A stretch of 35,193 nt of DNA from positions 9,128,434-9,163,626 of the forward strand of contig NC_057756.1 in NCBI RefSeq assembly GCF_004010195.1, read 5' to 3'. Origin of the DNA: Chiloscyllium plagiosum. Its lineage: Eukaryota. Shown here piece after piece: positions 19,216 to 31,049 of this stretch. The stretch's first letter is position 1; each line of letters begins with the position of its first letter. Under the pieces are notes generated by a model that was not told the DNA's origin, ran no database searches, and saw only the letters and a program-made list of their open reading frames with translations. The position numbers and the translations under genes are program-made.

Positions 19216-20039
19216 TTAGGGTGGATTGGCCATGCTAAATTGTCCCATAGTGCCCAGGGATGTGCAGGTTAGGGTGGATTGGCCATGCTAAATTGTCCCA
19301 TTGTGCCCAGGGATGTGCAGGTTAGGGTGGATTGGCCATGCTAAATTGTCCCATAATGTCTAGGGTTGTGTAGGTTAGGGTGAATTGGCCATGCTAAATT
19401 GTTCCATAGTGCTCTGGGATGTCTGGGTGAGGTACATTAGTCAGGGGCAAATATAGGGTAGGGGGAATGGGTCTGGGTGGGTTACTCTTCAGAAGGTTGG
19501 GCTGATGGCCTTTTTCCACACTCTAGGGATTCTATGATTCTCAGTTGCTCTCCAGAGGAGAATCCTCTCAAGTTTGGAGTCCATTCCCCATCAGCCTGCA
19601 AGGTAACCCTTCATGAGATAAAGAGACCAAACAATGCTTCACTTGAGGTTCGATCTTCCCAAAGCCCTATGTAAATGCAGCAAAACGTCCTCACTCGCAC
19701 CCCTTCACAGTCAGGCCCTCTGCATTGCCTGCCAAATCTGCAGTTGCCACGGAGATCCCTCCAAGTTTCCCGCTTGTTCATGACCAATTAAGATCGAGAG
19801 GCTGTCAAATTAAGTTAAGATACCAGCTTGGAAAGGGGCGTCAAAATTTAGACCCAGGAGGTTGAGTTAATGGATGTTGTCTGTGAAAGTTCAGACACCG
19901 CGCCGTCTGGGTGGAATTCGTGCACTCTCTTGTCACGTGCTGGGGGAAAGGTAGGTAGTCAGCCAATTGCTTTACACCCCTCCAATGTCCATCAGTAGAC
20001 AACACAGAGCGTCTCCTGCATTTCGCTGCTCTGCGTTGG

Positions 20040-20212
20040 ATGGCTAGACTTCAGCGATGTGTGACCAAGGTGAAGGAATTGACAACAACTGCAACATGCT
20101 AATGCCAGGTGATGACCATCTCCAACAGGAGTGAATCTAACCACCGTCCTATCCCTGAATTCTCCACTATCAACATCCTGGGGGTTACCATTGGCTAGAA
20201 ACTCAACTGGAC
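20040..20212 (+). mobile_element. CR1/L2-group LINE fragment
   Basis: gccagg.gatgaccatctccaac..atcaacatcctgggggttaccattg..agaaactcaactgg (ILGVTI..KLNW). Confidence 0.75.
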
Positions 20213-20258
20213 ATCCCCTATCCTCCTAAACTCCAGGAAATTGTACCCCATCTTACTT

Positions 20259-20590
20259 GGGAAGGCACGGTGGCTCAGTGGTTAGCACTGCTGCTTCACA
20301 GCACCAGGGATCCAGGTTCGATCCCAGCCTCGGGTGACTGTCTGGGTGGAGCTTGCACATTCTGCCTGTGGGTTTCCTCCGGGTGCTCTGGCCAGTCCAA
20401 AGATGTGCAGTTTAGGGTGAACTGGCCAGAGCTAAATTGCCCATAGTGATCAGGGATGTATAGGGTAGGTGCATTAGTCAGGGGGTAAATGTACAGCAAT
20501 AGGGGAATGGGTCTGGGTGGGATACTTACCAGAGGGTTGGTGTGGACGTTTTGGGCCGAATGGCCTGTTTCCGCACTGTTGGGATTCTAA
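20259..20590 (+). mobile_element. HE1/V-SINE, near full length
   Basis: A box TGGCTCAGTGG, B box GGTTCGATCCC, V-domain, tail. Confidence 0.93.
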
Positions 20591-20595
20591 TAACA

Positions 20596-21200
20596 TTCTA
20601 TTTGATTTATTGTTGTCACATGTACCTCGGTACAGTGAAACGTTTTGTTTAGCGTGCAATACTGGCAGCTCACACCCTACAAAGATCACAGAGTGATAGA
20701 ACAGACGAGGAACACAATATCACAGCTACAGAGAAGGTACACAGAGAGCGAGATCAACACTTGAGAGGTCCATTCAGAATGCTAATGACGCGGGGAGGAA
20801 GCTGTTCCTGAAACAGTTGGTACGTGTGTCTAAGCTTCCGTACCTTCTGACCGATGGAAGAGGTTGGAAGAGATTGGAACTGGGTTGGAGTCTTTGGTGA
20901 TATTGGCTGTCTTCCCGAGGCTGTGTAGATGGAGTCAGTGGGTGGAAGGTTGGTTCACAAACTCTCTGTGGTTTCTTACAATCCTGGGAAAAGCAGTTGC
21001 TTTTCACAATGCATCGATTAAAAATTAGTAAGAGCCTATACAGACACCCCGAATTTCCTTAGCCTCCTGAGGAAGTAGAGGCGGTGTTTTGCTTTCTTGA
21101 CTGTTGCCTCACTGTGGGTGGACCGGGATAAATTGTTGGTGATCATCACTCCCAGGAACTTGATGCACCCGACCCTCTCCACCTCAGCTCCATTGAAACA
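20596..21200 (-). mobile_element. Rex1/Babar-like LINE 3' fragment
   Basis: LFQPLPSVRRYGSLDTRTNCFRNSF; upstream KFLGV and LYFLRRLRKF. Confidence 0.85.
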
Positions 21201-21244
21201 GTCGAACTTCCTTGCTTTTTGAAGTCAATGACCAATGATCAGAA

Positions 21245-22405
21245 ACACAGCAACTATAAGAGCAGGTCAGAGGCTAGGAATACTTTGGCAAGGAACTCAC
21301 CTCCTGACCCCCCCCCAAAGCCTGTCCCACCATCTGCAATGCACAAGTCAGGAGGGTGAGGGAATACTCCCCACTTGCCCCTGGATGGGGAACAGCAGTG
21401 TGTACCATCCCCTCCCCACGCCCAACGACCCTCAGTAACAGCAGTGTGTACCATCCCCTCCCCACGCCCAACGACCCTCAGTAACAGCAGTGTGTACCAT
21501 CCCCTCCCCACGCCCAACGACCCTCAGTAACAGCAGTGTGTACCATCCCCTCCCCACGCCCAACGACCCTCAGTAACAGCAGTGTGTACCATCCCCTCCC
21601 CACGCCCAACGACCCTCAGTAACAGCAGTGTGTACCATCCCCTCCCCACGCCCAACGACCCTCAGTAACAGCAGTGTGTACCATCCCCTCCCCACGCCCA
21701 ACGACCCTCAGTAACAGCAGTGTGTACCATCCCCTCCCCACGCCCAACGACCCTCAGTAACAGCAGTGTGTACCATCCCCTCCCCACGCCCAACGACCCT
21801 CAGTAACAGCAGTGTGTACCATCCCCTCCCCACGCCCAACGACCCTCAGTAACAGCAGTGTGTACCATCCCCTCCCCACGCCCAACGACCCTCAGTAACA
21901 GCAGTGTGTACCATCCCCTCCCCACGCCCAACGACCCTCAGTAACAGCAGTGTGTACCATCCCCTCCCCACGCCCAACGACCCTCAGTAACAGCAGTGTG
22001 TACCATCCCCTCCCCACGCCCAACGACCCTCAGTAACAGCAGTGTGTACCATCCCCTCCCCACGCCCAACGACCCTCAGTAACAGCAGTGTGTACCATCC
22101 CCTGCCTCCCCCCATCGACGCTCAGTAACAGCAGTGTGTACCAGCTACAAGACCCACTGCAGAAACTCACCAAAGATCCTCAGGCAGCACCTTCCAAACT
22201 CACGGCCACTTCCATCTAGAAGGACAAGGGGCAGCAGATGCATGGGAACAACACCCCTCTGCAAGTTCCCCTCCGAGCCCCTCACCATCCCGACTTGGAA
22301 TTTTGCCAATTCCTTAGCTGTCACTGGGTCAAGATCTGTCCCAAACAGCACTGCAGGTGCAACGACACCCCCAGGGTCTGCAGTAGTTCAGGGAGGTGGG
22401 TCATA
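21245..22405 (+). mobile_element. CR1/L2-group LINE 3' fragment interrupted by an internal minisatellite
   Basis: ATIRAGQRLGIL..; HCRNSPKILRQHLPNSRPLPSRRTR. Confidence 0.85.
21391..22141 (+). repeat. 46-bp minisatellite (AACAGCAGTGTGTACCATCCCCTCCCCACGCCCAACGACCCTCAGT) x~16
   Basis: Perfect tandem copies. Confidence 0.98.
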
Positions 22406-22687
22406 ATCTCTCCCACAAGGGCCAGTAAGAGATTGCCCGCGATTATGACAAACTTAATGAAACAAAACCCTTACCGATGTTCTGGTGAGAGTTAAGGAGA
22501 TACAATGCTGTCGGTGGGCCTGGCTGGATTTAAAATGACCAGCCTGGTCTCTGCCCGGTGACTAGTTAGCCTCTTGCTGCAGGGGTTAGAACATGTTTCC
22601 TCTCTTCTCAACTCCACTGGTGTGTCCAGATTGCAGGTAAGCTTGGGAGTGTGGTAGAGGCAGCTTTACTCGAGGCATTGAATAATT

Positions 22688-22975
22688 CATAGAATCATCA
22701 GAGAATCCCTACAGTGGGGAAGCAGGCCATTCTGCCCATCGAGTCCACACCAACCCTCTGAACGGCATCTCACCCAGACCCACCCCCGGCTAACCTATCC
22801 CTATAAACCTGCACCTCCCATGGCCAATCCACCCTGACCTGCACATCTTTGGACTGTAGGAAGAAACCGTAGCACCCGGTGGAAACCCACACAGACACGG
22901 GGAGAATGTGCAAACTCCACACAGACAGTCGCCCCAGGGTAGCATCGAACCCGGGTCCCTGGCGCTGTGAGGCCT
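22688..22975 (-). mobile_element. HE1/V-SINE
   Basis: Reverse complement of B box GGTTCGATGC, V-domain and tail. Confidence 0.92.
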
Positions 22976-23419
22976 GATTATTTGGATAGGAACAGGTGTG
23001 GAGGAAATTTCTGGTGATTGGCAGTTGGCAATGATACTCACCTGAAGAGTTAGGGCAGGCATGATGGGATGAACAGCCTCAGTCTGCCCTGTAACAATGC
23101 GCTGTATTGCCTATCACGGAGTAACACTGTTGCCTAACTCCTTAAATTTTGCTTTGAGGATGATGTTATTTTCTGCAGATTAAAAGGAACCCTCTGGGTG
23201 TTGGGGAGGAGATGGGGGCAACGTGAGTTTTCCCCAATCCCCTCTCATCAAGATAACCGTCTCCCCCATTTATTTCAAAGAGCGGGGAGCTTTTGTCTTT
23301 CATTTGGGAAGGAAAGTAAGTGTGTTGCCATGAGGTGGGGAGCCTAGTGAGCACTGTCTGTCCCTGGGTCAGGAGGAGAGTGTGGGACTGGACAGTGAAG
23401 AAGGAGTTGGGGGAAACAA

Positions 23420-23554
23420 TCTGATTGAGGCGGAACTATAGTTTCCAGCCTCGGCGCTCCAGCCGGACGGCTCAGAGGCAGGCGCTGTTTGCCCGGGGCG
23501 GGTCCGCCGCTCTCAGTCCTCCGGGCGGCCGGTGGCGGAAGAGGCTGAGAGCAG
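23420..23554 (+). promoter_or_regulatory. SMG9: CpG-rich housekeeping promoter and non-coding exon 1, probably SMG9
   Basis: Densest CpG cluster in the window; ZNF143/SBS-like AACTATAGTTTCCAGC 23434-23449, GC box 23495-23503, ETS GCGGAAG 23535-23541, donor CAG|GTGAGA at 23554/23555. Assignment inferred from the downstream SMG9 exon. Confidence 0.7.
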
Positions 23555-23594
23555 GTGAGAGGGAGGTTTGCATTGACCTCAGGACCCAGCGCTG

Positions 23595-24137
23595 CTAGTT
23601 ATACTAGTTACTGGAACTAGTTATAGTTATATGGAACAACTCGTTAATGGGGACGGCCAGTTATGGTTATACTGGGCCAAATGCACCTTACTAATAGTTA
23701 AAATGTATATAACCAGCACCACTAGTTATACTAGTTATGGGGAACACCTAGTTAGAGGGAAAGATTGGTTACTTGAACTGACTAGTTATACTAGTCAGAG
23801 TGTACTGTCCCCCTAATTAAAATGTATATAACTAGCACTCTAGTTATACTAGTTATGGGGAACACCTAGTTAGAAGGAAAGATTGGTTACTTGAACTGAC
23901 TAGTTATACTAGTCAGAGTGTACTGTCCCCCTAATTAAAATGTATATACCAGCACTGCTAGTTATACTAGTTATGGGGAACACCTAGTTAGAGGGAAATA
24001 TTGGTTACTTGAACTGACTAGTTATACTAGTCAGAGTGTACTGTCCCCCTAGTTAAAATGTATATACCAGCACTGCTAGTTATAGTGAATAGCTGTTTAT
24101 AGAGATCAACTAATTATATGGAACTGCTGGTTGTACT
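23595..24137 (+). repeat. AT-rich ACTAGT-based array with a ~118-bp higher-order repeat x3 (degenerate continuation 24680-25030 and 25590-25700)
   Basis: AATGTATA at 23702, 23821, 23939, 24057; hairpin CTGACTAGT-TAT-ACTAGTCAG in each unit. Confidence 0.9.
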
Positions 24138-24680
24138 AGAGTTCATAGAGATGTACAGCACGGAAACAGACCCTTCGGCCCAACCTGTCCATGCTGACCC
24201 AGATATCCCAACCCAATCTAGTCCCACCTGCCAGCACCCGGCCCATTTCCCTCCAAACCCTTCCTATTCATATACCCATCCAAATGCCTCTTAAATGTTG
24301 TAATTGTACCAGCTTCCACCACTTCCTCTGGCAGCTCATTCCATACACGTACCACCCTCTGGGTGAAAAAGTTGCCCCTTAGGTCTCTTTTATATCTTTC
24401 CCCTCTCACCCTAAACCTATGTCCCTCTAGTTCTGAACTCCCGACCCCAGGGAAAATACTTGGCCTATTTATCCTATCCATGCCCCTCACAATTTTGTAA
24501 ACCTCTATAAGGTCACCCCTCAGCCTCCGACGCTCCAGAGAAAACAGCCCCAGCCTGTTCAGCCACTCCCTGTTGCTCAGATCCTCCAACCCTGGCAATA
24601 TCCTTGTAAATCTTTTCTGAACCCTTTCAAGTTTCACAACATCTTTCTGATAGGAAGGAGACCAGAATTGCATGCAATTT
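24138..24680 (-). mobile_element. Young CR1 3' fragment
   Basis: Open 151-aa ORF2 C-terminus plus 3'UTR. Confidence 0.97.
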
Positions 24681-25054
24681 TGACTGTACTGTGCTGTTAA
24701 TTAAAATGTATACATCACTGTTAGTTATACTGTTTATAGGGATTTGCTAGTTACAATAGCTTACTGCCTCCCTATTTAAAATGTATACACTAATTACTGC
24801 TAGTTGTATTAATTAGTGAGTAGTACTCCTAGTTAAAATGTATACAACGCCACTGCTGGTTAAAGATAGCAGCTTTCTTAGACGGGTTCCAAGGTATTGT
24901 GTTCCTGATTATAATAGAACCAGGATACAGCATTCCTCTGGTTATACATGTTGAATAACACTACAGTTCTGTTCAATTATCCTTATGATACTATGGCTCT
25001 GTTAATTATACTAGTTGTAGGGTATTGCATTCAGTTGGTCCTCTTAGTGCTAGG

Positions 25055-25590
25055 CTGTATACACTTAATGGTAAGGACCTGGGGACAGTTGCTGAACAAA
25101 GAGACCTTGGAGTCCAGGTTCATAGCTCCTTGAAAGTGGAGTGGAAGGTAGATAGGATAGTGAAGAAGGCGTTTGGTATGCTTTCCTTTATTGCTCAGAG
25201 CGTTGAGTATTGGAGTTGGTGAGGTCAGTTTTGGAATACTGCATGCAATTGTGGTTTACCTGCTGTAAGAAGGACATTGTGAAACTTGGGAAAAAAAATG
25301 AGGACTGCAGATGCTGGAGATCAGAGTCGAGTGTGTGGTGCTGGAAAAGCTCAGCAGGTCAGGCAGCTTGAACCAGGTTCAGAAAAGACTTACAAGGATA
25401 TTGCCAAGGTTGGAGGGTTTAAGGTACAGGCCCTTTAAAAGGCATCTGGATGGGTATATGAATAGGAAGGGTTCAGAGTGATATGGACCAAGTGCTGACA
25501 AAAGGGATTACGTTACTTAAGGATATGGTTGGCATGGACAAGTCAGACCGAAGGGTCTGTTTCTGTGCTGTACAAATCTATGACTCTATC
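25055..25590 (+). mobile_element. CR1 fragment with an ~80-bp Penelope-terminus insertion (25290-25368)
   Basis: YTLNGKDLGTVAEQRDLGVQVHSSLKV; insertion ctgcagatgctgg..gctggaaaagctcagcaggtcaggcagc. Confidence 0.9.
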
Positions 25591-26497
25591 TAGCACTCTG
25601 TCCAGTTCCTGGTGTAGTTCTCCTAGTTAAACTAGTTTTAGGACCCCCTGCCTCAGTCAAACTAGTTACTCCTTATCTGTATATTAATCCTGTGCTAACA
25701 GGCTCTTGATTTGTTAGATTAATTTTAAGACACTGTTCTTGCCAGTTATTCTTGTTCAGCGATAATGCACAATTGGTGGTTGTACTGCGATCGTGCTCAT
25801 TAGACTAGTTGCAGGATGCTGCATTTGAAATGGTTGTAAATATCGGAGAGAATGCATTCCTTGTGCATGTTGCTGTTCAGTGCAATGGACTGACACAGCA
25901 CAGGAACAGGCCAGTGCTTGTCACTTTTAAAGATTAATTCAAATAGTATCAGTTCCTCATCTCTACCCCGGTCGTTTCCCAATCCTCACGCCAGTCATTT
26001 CCCCCCATGGCTCTGCACATCTTTCCCCTTCATGTATTTCTTCAGTTCCCCTTTTGCAAGTACCTGCTGCATCTGTTTCCCTCCCCAGATCACAACAACT
26101 TGCTGCGTCAAACGTGAATTCGCCCTGAACTCCCGTTTAAAGCTCCCCCTTAACTTTCTCTGCTCTTAGGAGAATGACTCCCAGCCGCTCCCAGCCTTTC
26201 TGCGTGAACTGAAGACCCTCATCCCTGAGACAGTTCTAATAAAATCTCCTTCTTGCCCCTCTTCAAGGCCTCAATGTCCATCCGGAAGTGAGTGGCAGAA
26301 CGGAATGGGTCACAGGAATCCAACTAGTGCCTAAGAACAAACAAGATGCCTCTCTAAACTAAAGAACATTTACCAGGCATCTATCTGACTTTATGAAGAA
26401 GGATGAGGATCTTCAGTTCATGCAAACTGTATCCCCACTATTCCCTGCCTATTCTTGAGAGAGTGGGAGCCTGGCACGGGGAGAGGAAGAGAGAGAG

Positions 26498-26732
26498 AAT
26501 TGAATTTGCCATGTGTACCGAGGCACAGTGAAAAGCTTTGTCTTGCAAGCGATACAGGCAGATCACACCGAGTTAAGTAGCATAGACAGGTAAATAATAG
26601 TAAAACAACACCAAAAACACACACACAGGTACAGGCAAATGGTAGAGTTTGAGAGTCCATTCAGTATTCTAACTACAGGAGGGTAGAAACTGTTTCGAAA
26701 CCGGCTGGTGTGTGTGTTCAGGCTTATGAAGG
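26498..26732 (-). mobile_element. Rex1/Babar-like LINE 3' end
   Basis: SLNTHTSRFRNSFYPPVVRILN plus 3'UTR similar to 20596-20780. Confidence 0.8.
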
Positions 26733-26841
26733 GAGGGTGAGAGAAGAAGTCCAGTGTTGGGGGGAGGGAGGAGAGAAGGGGCACCCAGCACTGGTGAGGT
26801 TGGGGGGGGGTGGGCGGGTGGAGACAGAGAGAGAACTGTTG

Positions 26842-26975
26842 CACATAGTGTTGAGGTTAGGTGCATTAATCAGGGGTAAATGTAGAGTAATAGGGAAGGG
26901 GATAGGTTACTCTTTGGAGGGTAGGTGGGGATTTGTTGGGCCAAATGGCCTGTCCCCGTACTGTCGGGATTCTGT
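26842..26975 (+). mobile_element. HE1 SINE 3' fragment
   Basis: Matches 20440-20590. Confidence 0.8.
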
Positions 26976-27779
26976 GTTTGTCCCTGGGCAGCTCGTAGCT
27001 CAGGTGGTGACATTGTAAACTTGTCACTGTCACCCTGTACCTCAGTACATTTTGCAATGAAACCTAATTCTAGTATCTGACAGGCTGCCTCTTAAACATT
27101 GCAATTGTACCCAGCACCATCACCCTCAGCACGAAATATCTCGTTTATAAACTAACCCTCGCCCCATGCTAAAGTAAACATCCCTCGCTGACGGAATTTC
27201 CCAACGTGGGGTTGTGCACTGAAGTTTTGAAATCCTGATGGGAATGGGCAATTGTGGAACTGCAACCTGTGTCACAACAGGCTGTTCTGCTTTAAGAGCC
27301 CTTGCTTTATACTGAAAACTTCCTTTGAGAAGTGTTGGGTCTCGTTCCTTTCGATTTGAATTATTCTTGAGAATCAACACGGTTTCGCCTCTTACTTCCC
27401 ATCTCCTTTGATTCCCCGAATTCCGTCTCTCTTCCCTTCTCTTTTTGCAGACTGAATTAAATAATTTGATATTTACAGTTTGCGTGCCTTGGTGAGGGTG
27501 GATGTCGTGTCCAGATTTGGAGCGATGCTCTGGTAGTGGGTCTAACCAGTGAGTCATACGTGTTTATCGAGATTTACCAGCTTAATGGCCATTCAGATTG
27601 ACAGATGAGTTATTCATTTTGGGATCGATTTCATTGTTTTAACTGTCTCTTGATCCTCTGATTCCAACCTCTTGAGAATTCCCCAGTTCCCTTCGCTCCC
27701 TCGCCCTGTGCCTTCAACTGCCTGGGACCCTGAACTCATTAGCTCCCTCCCCAGATGTCTCCATCTCTCTCCGGCAGGG

Positions 27780-28960
27780 CCATAAGAAACATGTACAGGT
27801 GCAGGCCATTTGCCTCTTGCTCCCCCATTCCACAGGATTGTGGCTGATCCGACGTTCCTCATGTCCCCTTTTCCGTGATTCCCCGACTGATCGGGAATCT
27901 CTCTCGGCCTTCAATATACGCAAGGACCCTGCCCCCCCCCCACGGCTCTCTGTGGTAAGGGTGTTCCAAACACCCACCACCCTCTCCCTCCCCATCTCCA
28001 GCTGAAATTGGTGCCCCTTTATTCAGAGACAGTGCCCCTGGGGAGGGGGGTAACACCCTCTCAGCATTGACCCTGACCAGTCCCCTGTTTGTTTCAGTCA
28101 GATCCCCTCTCATTCTTTCTAAACCCCCAGGGAGTAGAGTCATAGAGGTCCAACCTGTCCCATGCCGACCAGATATCCCAACCCAATCTAGTTCCACCTG
28201 CCAGCACCCGGCCCATATCCCTCCAAACCCTTCCTATTCATATACCCATCCAAATGCCTCTTAAATGTTGTAATTGTACCAGCCTTCACCACTTCCTCTG
28301 GCAGCTCATTCCATACCACCCTCTGTGTGAAAAGGTTGCCCCTTAGGTCTCTTTTATATCTTTCCCCTCTTACCCTAAACCTATGCCCCTCTAGTTCTGG
28401 ACTCCCCGACCCCAGGGAAAAGACTTTGTCTATTTATCCTATCCATGCCCCTCATAATTTTATAAACCTCTATAAGGTCACCCCTCAGCCTCCGACGCTC
28501 CAGGGAAAACAGCCCCAGCCTGTTCAGCCTCTCCCTGTAGCTCAGACCCTCCAACCCTGGCAACATCCTTGTAAATCTTTTCTGAACCCTTTCAAGTTTC
28601 CCAACATCTTTCCGATAGGAAGGAGACCAGAATTGCACGCAATATTCCAACAGTGGCCTAACCAATGCCCTGTACAGCCGCAACATGACCTCCCAACTCC
28701 TGTACTCAGTACTCTGACCGATAAAGGAAAGCATACCAAACTTGTTCAGCCTTTGCTCATGAGACTATCTCTCCCTCCCTCCCAGGGACCCCCCCCTCTC
28801 TGAGCTGCCTCCAATGAAATAATATCTTTCCTTAAATAATGGGACCAAATCCGCTCCCAGTATTCCGGGTGTGGTCTCCCCAGCACCTTGTACAGTTTGA
28901 ATGAGACTTCCTGACTTTTACACTCCAACCCTCTTGAAACTAGGGCCAACATTCCATTAA
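27780..28960 (-). mobile_element. Older CR1 fragment hosting a younger CR1 (28134-28741, -)
   Basis: Host ORF2 pieces on both sides; inner copy has an open 117-aa ORF2 segment and a 3'UTR ending at gagtagagtcatagag. Confidence 0.92.
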
Positions 28961-29689
28961 CCTTAAGCTGAAAAACAAAGAAGCTGGAGATGAGAAAAGC
29001 AAACAGAACCCTTCCTGATTCCCTGCTGCCCCGTGTGGGGCCAGCTTGCTGTGTTATGTGCATGGGGTCCCACGGTCCCTTTCTGCAGTTTCTCTCGGTT
29101 AAAATAACACTTTGCTCCCCCTTCGAAAATGAATGACTTTGCATTTTCTCTCACGTTGTGGAACTGCAACGGTGTCACAACAGGCTTTGCTTCTGCTTTA
29201 AGAGCCCTTGCCTTTTACTGAAAACTTCCCTCGAGAAATATTGGGTCACGTTCCTTTTGAATTGAATTATCTTTGGAGATTTGAGAATCGACATGGTTTC
29301 CCCTCTTGCTTCCCATCTCCTTTCATTCCCCAAGTCCCATCTCTTTTTGCAGACTAAAGTGAATAATTCGGTCTTTGAATCTTCACTTCCTGCTTTACGG
29401 TTTGCGTGTCTCACATTATACTCTATTTGCTCAGGTTTGTGCCCACCCACCTGACCCATCGATATGTCCATCAACCGTTTGTATTCCTCTCACCTCTTCC
29501 ACCTACTTTTCGTGTCGTCTGCAAATTCTATTAGTCCATTCACTTCCTCCCTCTAAGCCGTTAATATATGTTGGAAGCATTTGTGGATCTTTCACTGATC
29601 CCTGTGGAATTCCACTAGTCACTGATCGCCAATCTGCCAAGAAAATGCCGAATGGGTTTCCTCATTTCTCCTGTCCCCACCTTAGCCCA

Positions 29690-29970
29690 ATTCCAACCCT
29701 CCAGCTCAGCACCGTCCCCATGACCTGTCCCACCTGTCACCCCAATCCCAACCCTCCAGCTCAGCACCGTCCCCATGACCTGTCTCACCTGTCATCCCAA
29801 TCCCAACCCTCCAGCTCAGCACCGTCCCCATGACCTGTCTCACCTGTCACCCCAATCCCAACCCTCCAGCTCAGCACCGTCCCCATGACCTGTCTCACCT
29901 GTCACCCCAATCCCAACCCTCCAGCTCAGCACCGTCCCCATGACCTGTCTCACCTGTCACCCCAATCCCA
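29690..29970 (+). repeat. 55-bp minisatellite derived from Penelope-like sequence, running into the gap
   Basis: CCAACCCTCCAGCTCAGCACCGTCCCCATGACCTGTCTCACCTGTCACCCCAATC x5. Confidence 0.93.
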
Positions 29971-30658
29971 NNNNNNNNNNNNNNNNNNNNNNNNNNNNNN
30001 NNNNNNNNNNNNNNNNNNNNNNNNNNNNNNNNNNNNNNNNNNNNNNNNNNNNNNNNNNNNNNNNNNNNNNNNNNNNNNNNNNNNNNNNNNNNNNNNNNNN
30101 NNNNNNNNNNNNNNNNNNNNNNNNNNNNNNNNNNNNNNNNNNNNNNNNNNNNNNNNNNNNNNNNNNNNNNNNNNNNNNNNNNNNNNNNNNNNNNNNNNNN
30201 NNNNNNNNNNNNNNNNNNNNNNNNNNNNNNNNNNNNNNNNNNNNNNNNNNNNNNNNNNNNNNNNNNNNNNNNNNNNNNNNNNNNNNNNNNNNNNNNNNNN
30301 NNNNNNNNNNNNNNNNNNNNNNNNNNNNNNNNNNNNNNNNNNNNNNNNNNNNNNNNNNNNNNNNNNNNNNNNNNNNNNNNNNNNNNNNNNNNNNNNNNNN
30401 NNNNNNNNNNNNNNNNNNNNNNNNNNNNNNNNNNNNNNNNNNNNNNNNNNNNNNNNNNNNNNNNNNNNNNNNNNNNNNNNNNNNNNNNNNNNNNNNNNNN
30501 NNNNNNNNNNNNNNNNNNNNNNNNNNNNNNNNNNNNNNNNNNNNNNNNNNNNNNNNNNNNNNNNNNNNNNNNNNNNNNNNNNNNNNNNNNNNNNNNNNNN
30601 NNNNNNNNNNNNNNNNNNNNNNNNNNNNNNNNNNNNNNNNNNNNNNNNNNNNNNNNNN
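29971..30658. other. Assembly gap (N)
   Basis: Run of n. Confidence 1.
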
Positions 30659-30930
30659 TCAATCTTCCTTCCCACCTATTCGCTCCACCCTCCCCTCTGA
30701 CCTATCACCTTTACCCGCACCTCCATCCACCTATTGCACTCTCAGCTACCTTTCCCCCAGCCCCCACCCCTCCCCTTCCATTTATCTCCCACCTCCCTGC
30801 CTCATTCCTGCTGAAGAGCTTTTGCCCAAAACATTGATTCTCCTGCTCCTCGGATGCTGCCTGACCTGCTGTGCTTTTCCAGCACCGCTCTAATCTTGAC
30901 TCTAATCTCCAGCATCTGCAGTACCCACTT
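30659..30930 (+). mobile_element. Penelope-like 3' terminus with a decayed hammerhead
   Basis: cctgctgaagagcttttgcccaaaacattg (core mutated), then ctcctgctcctcggatgctgcctgacctgctgtgcttttccagc. Confidence 0.8.
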
Positions 30931-31049
30931 CAACTGGGTTGGAGACAGTCAGGGCCTGAATGTTGTCAGCCTGTAGATGGCAGTCATGTTTCACTTGAAG
31001 TCCGTCTCTGAGCCTTCCAAATATTGATCACTATGAAAGAATCGAGAGG

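Larger units (their letters stand above)
18455..19540 (+). mobile_element. HE1/V-SINE with an expanded 53-bp internal tandem array
   Basis: tRNA-like head (ctcagtggttagca..ttcaattcc), V-domain (gtgtggagttt.cacattctccccgtgtctg), ~11 repeats, CR1-like tail. Confidence 0.92.

Noticed and set aside
18600..19420. TTAGGG occurrences as interstitial telomere
   Set aside because: A single hexamer per 53-bp HE1 unit, not tandem telomeric repeats
20259..20330. tRNA-like A/B boxes (also 18455, 22975, 6560)
   Set aside because: SINE heads followed by V-domain or SINE bodies; no complete cloverleaf
21391..22141. Regular arrays resembling CRISPR (also 1-405, 9800-10580, 18600-19420)
   Set aside because: Head-to-tail identical units with no unique spacers, no cas genes, vertebrate context
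29885..30893. 241-317 aa ORFs
   Set aside because: Artefacts of the N gap
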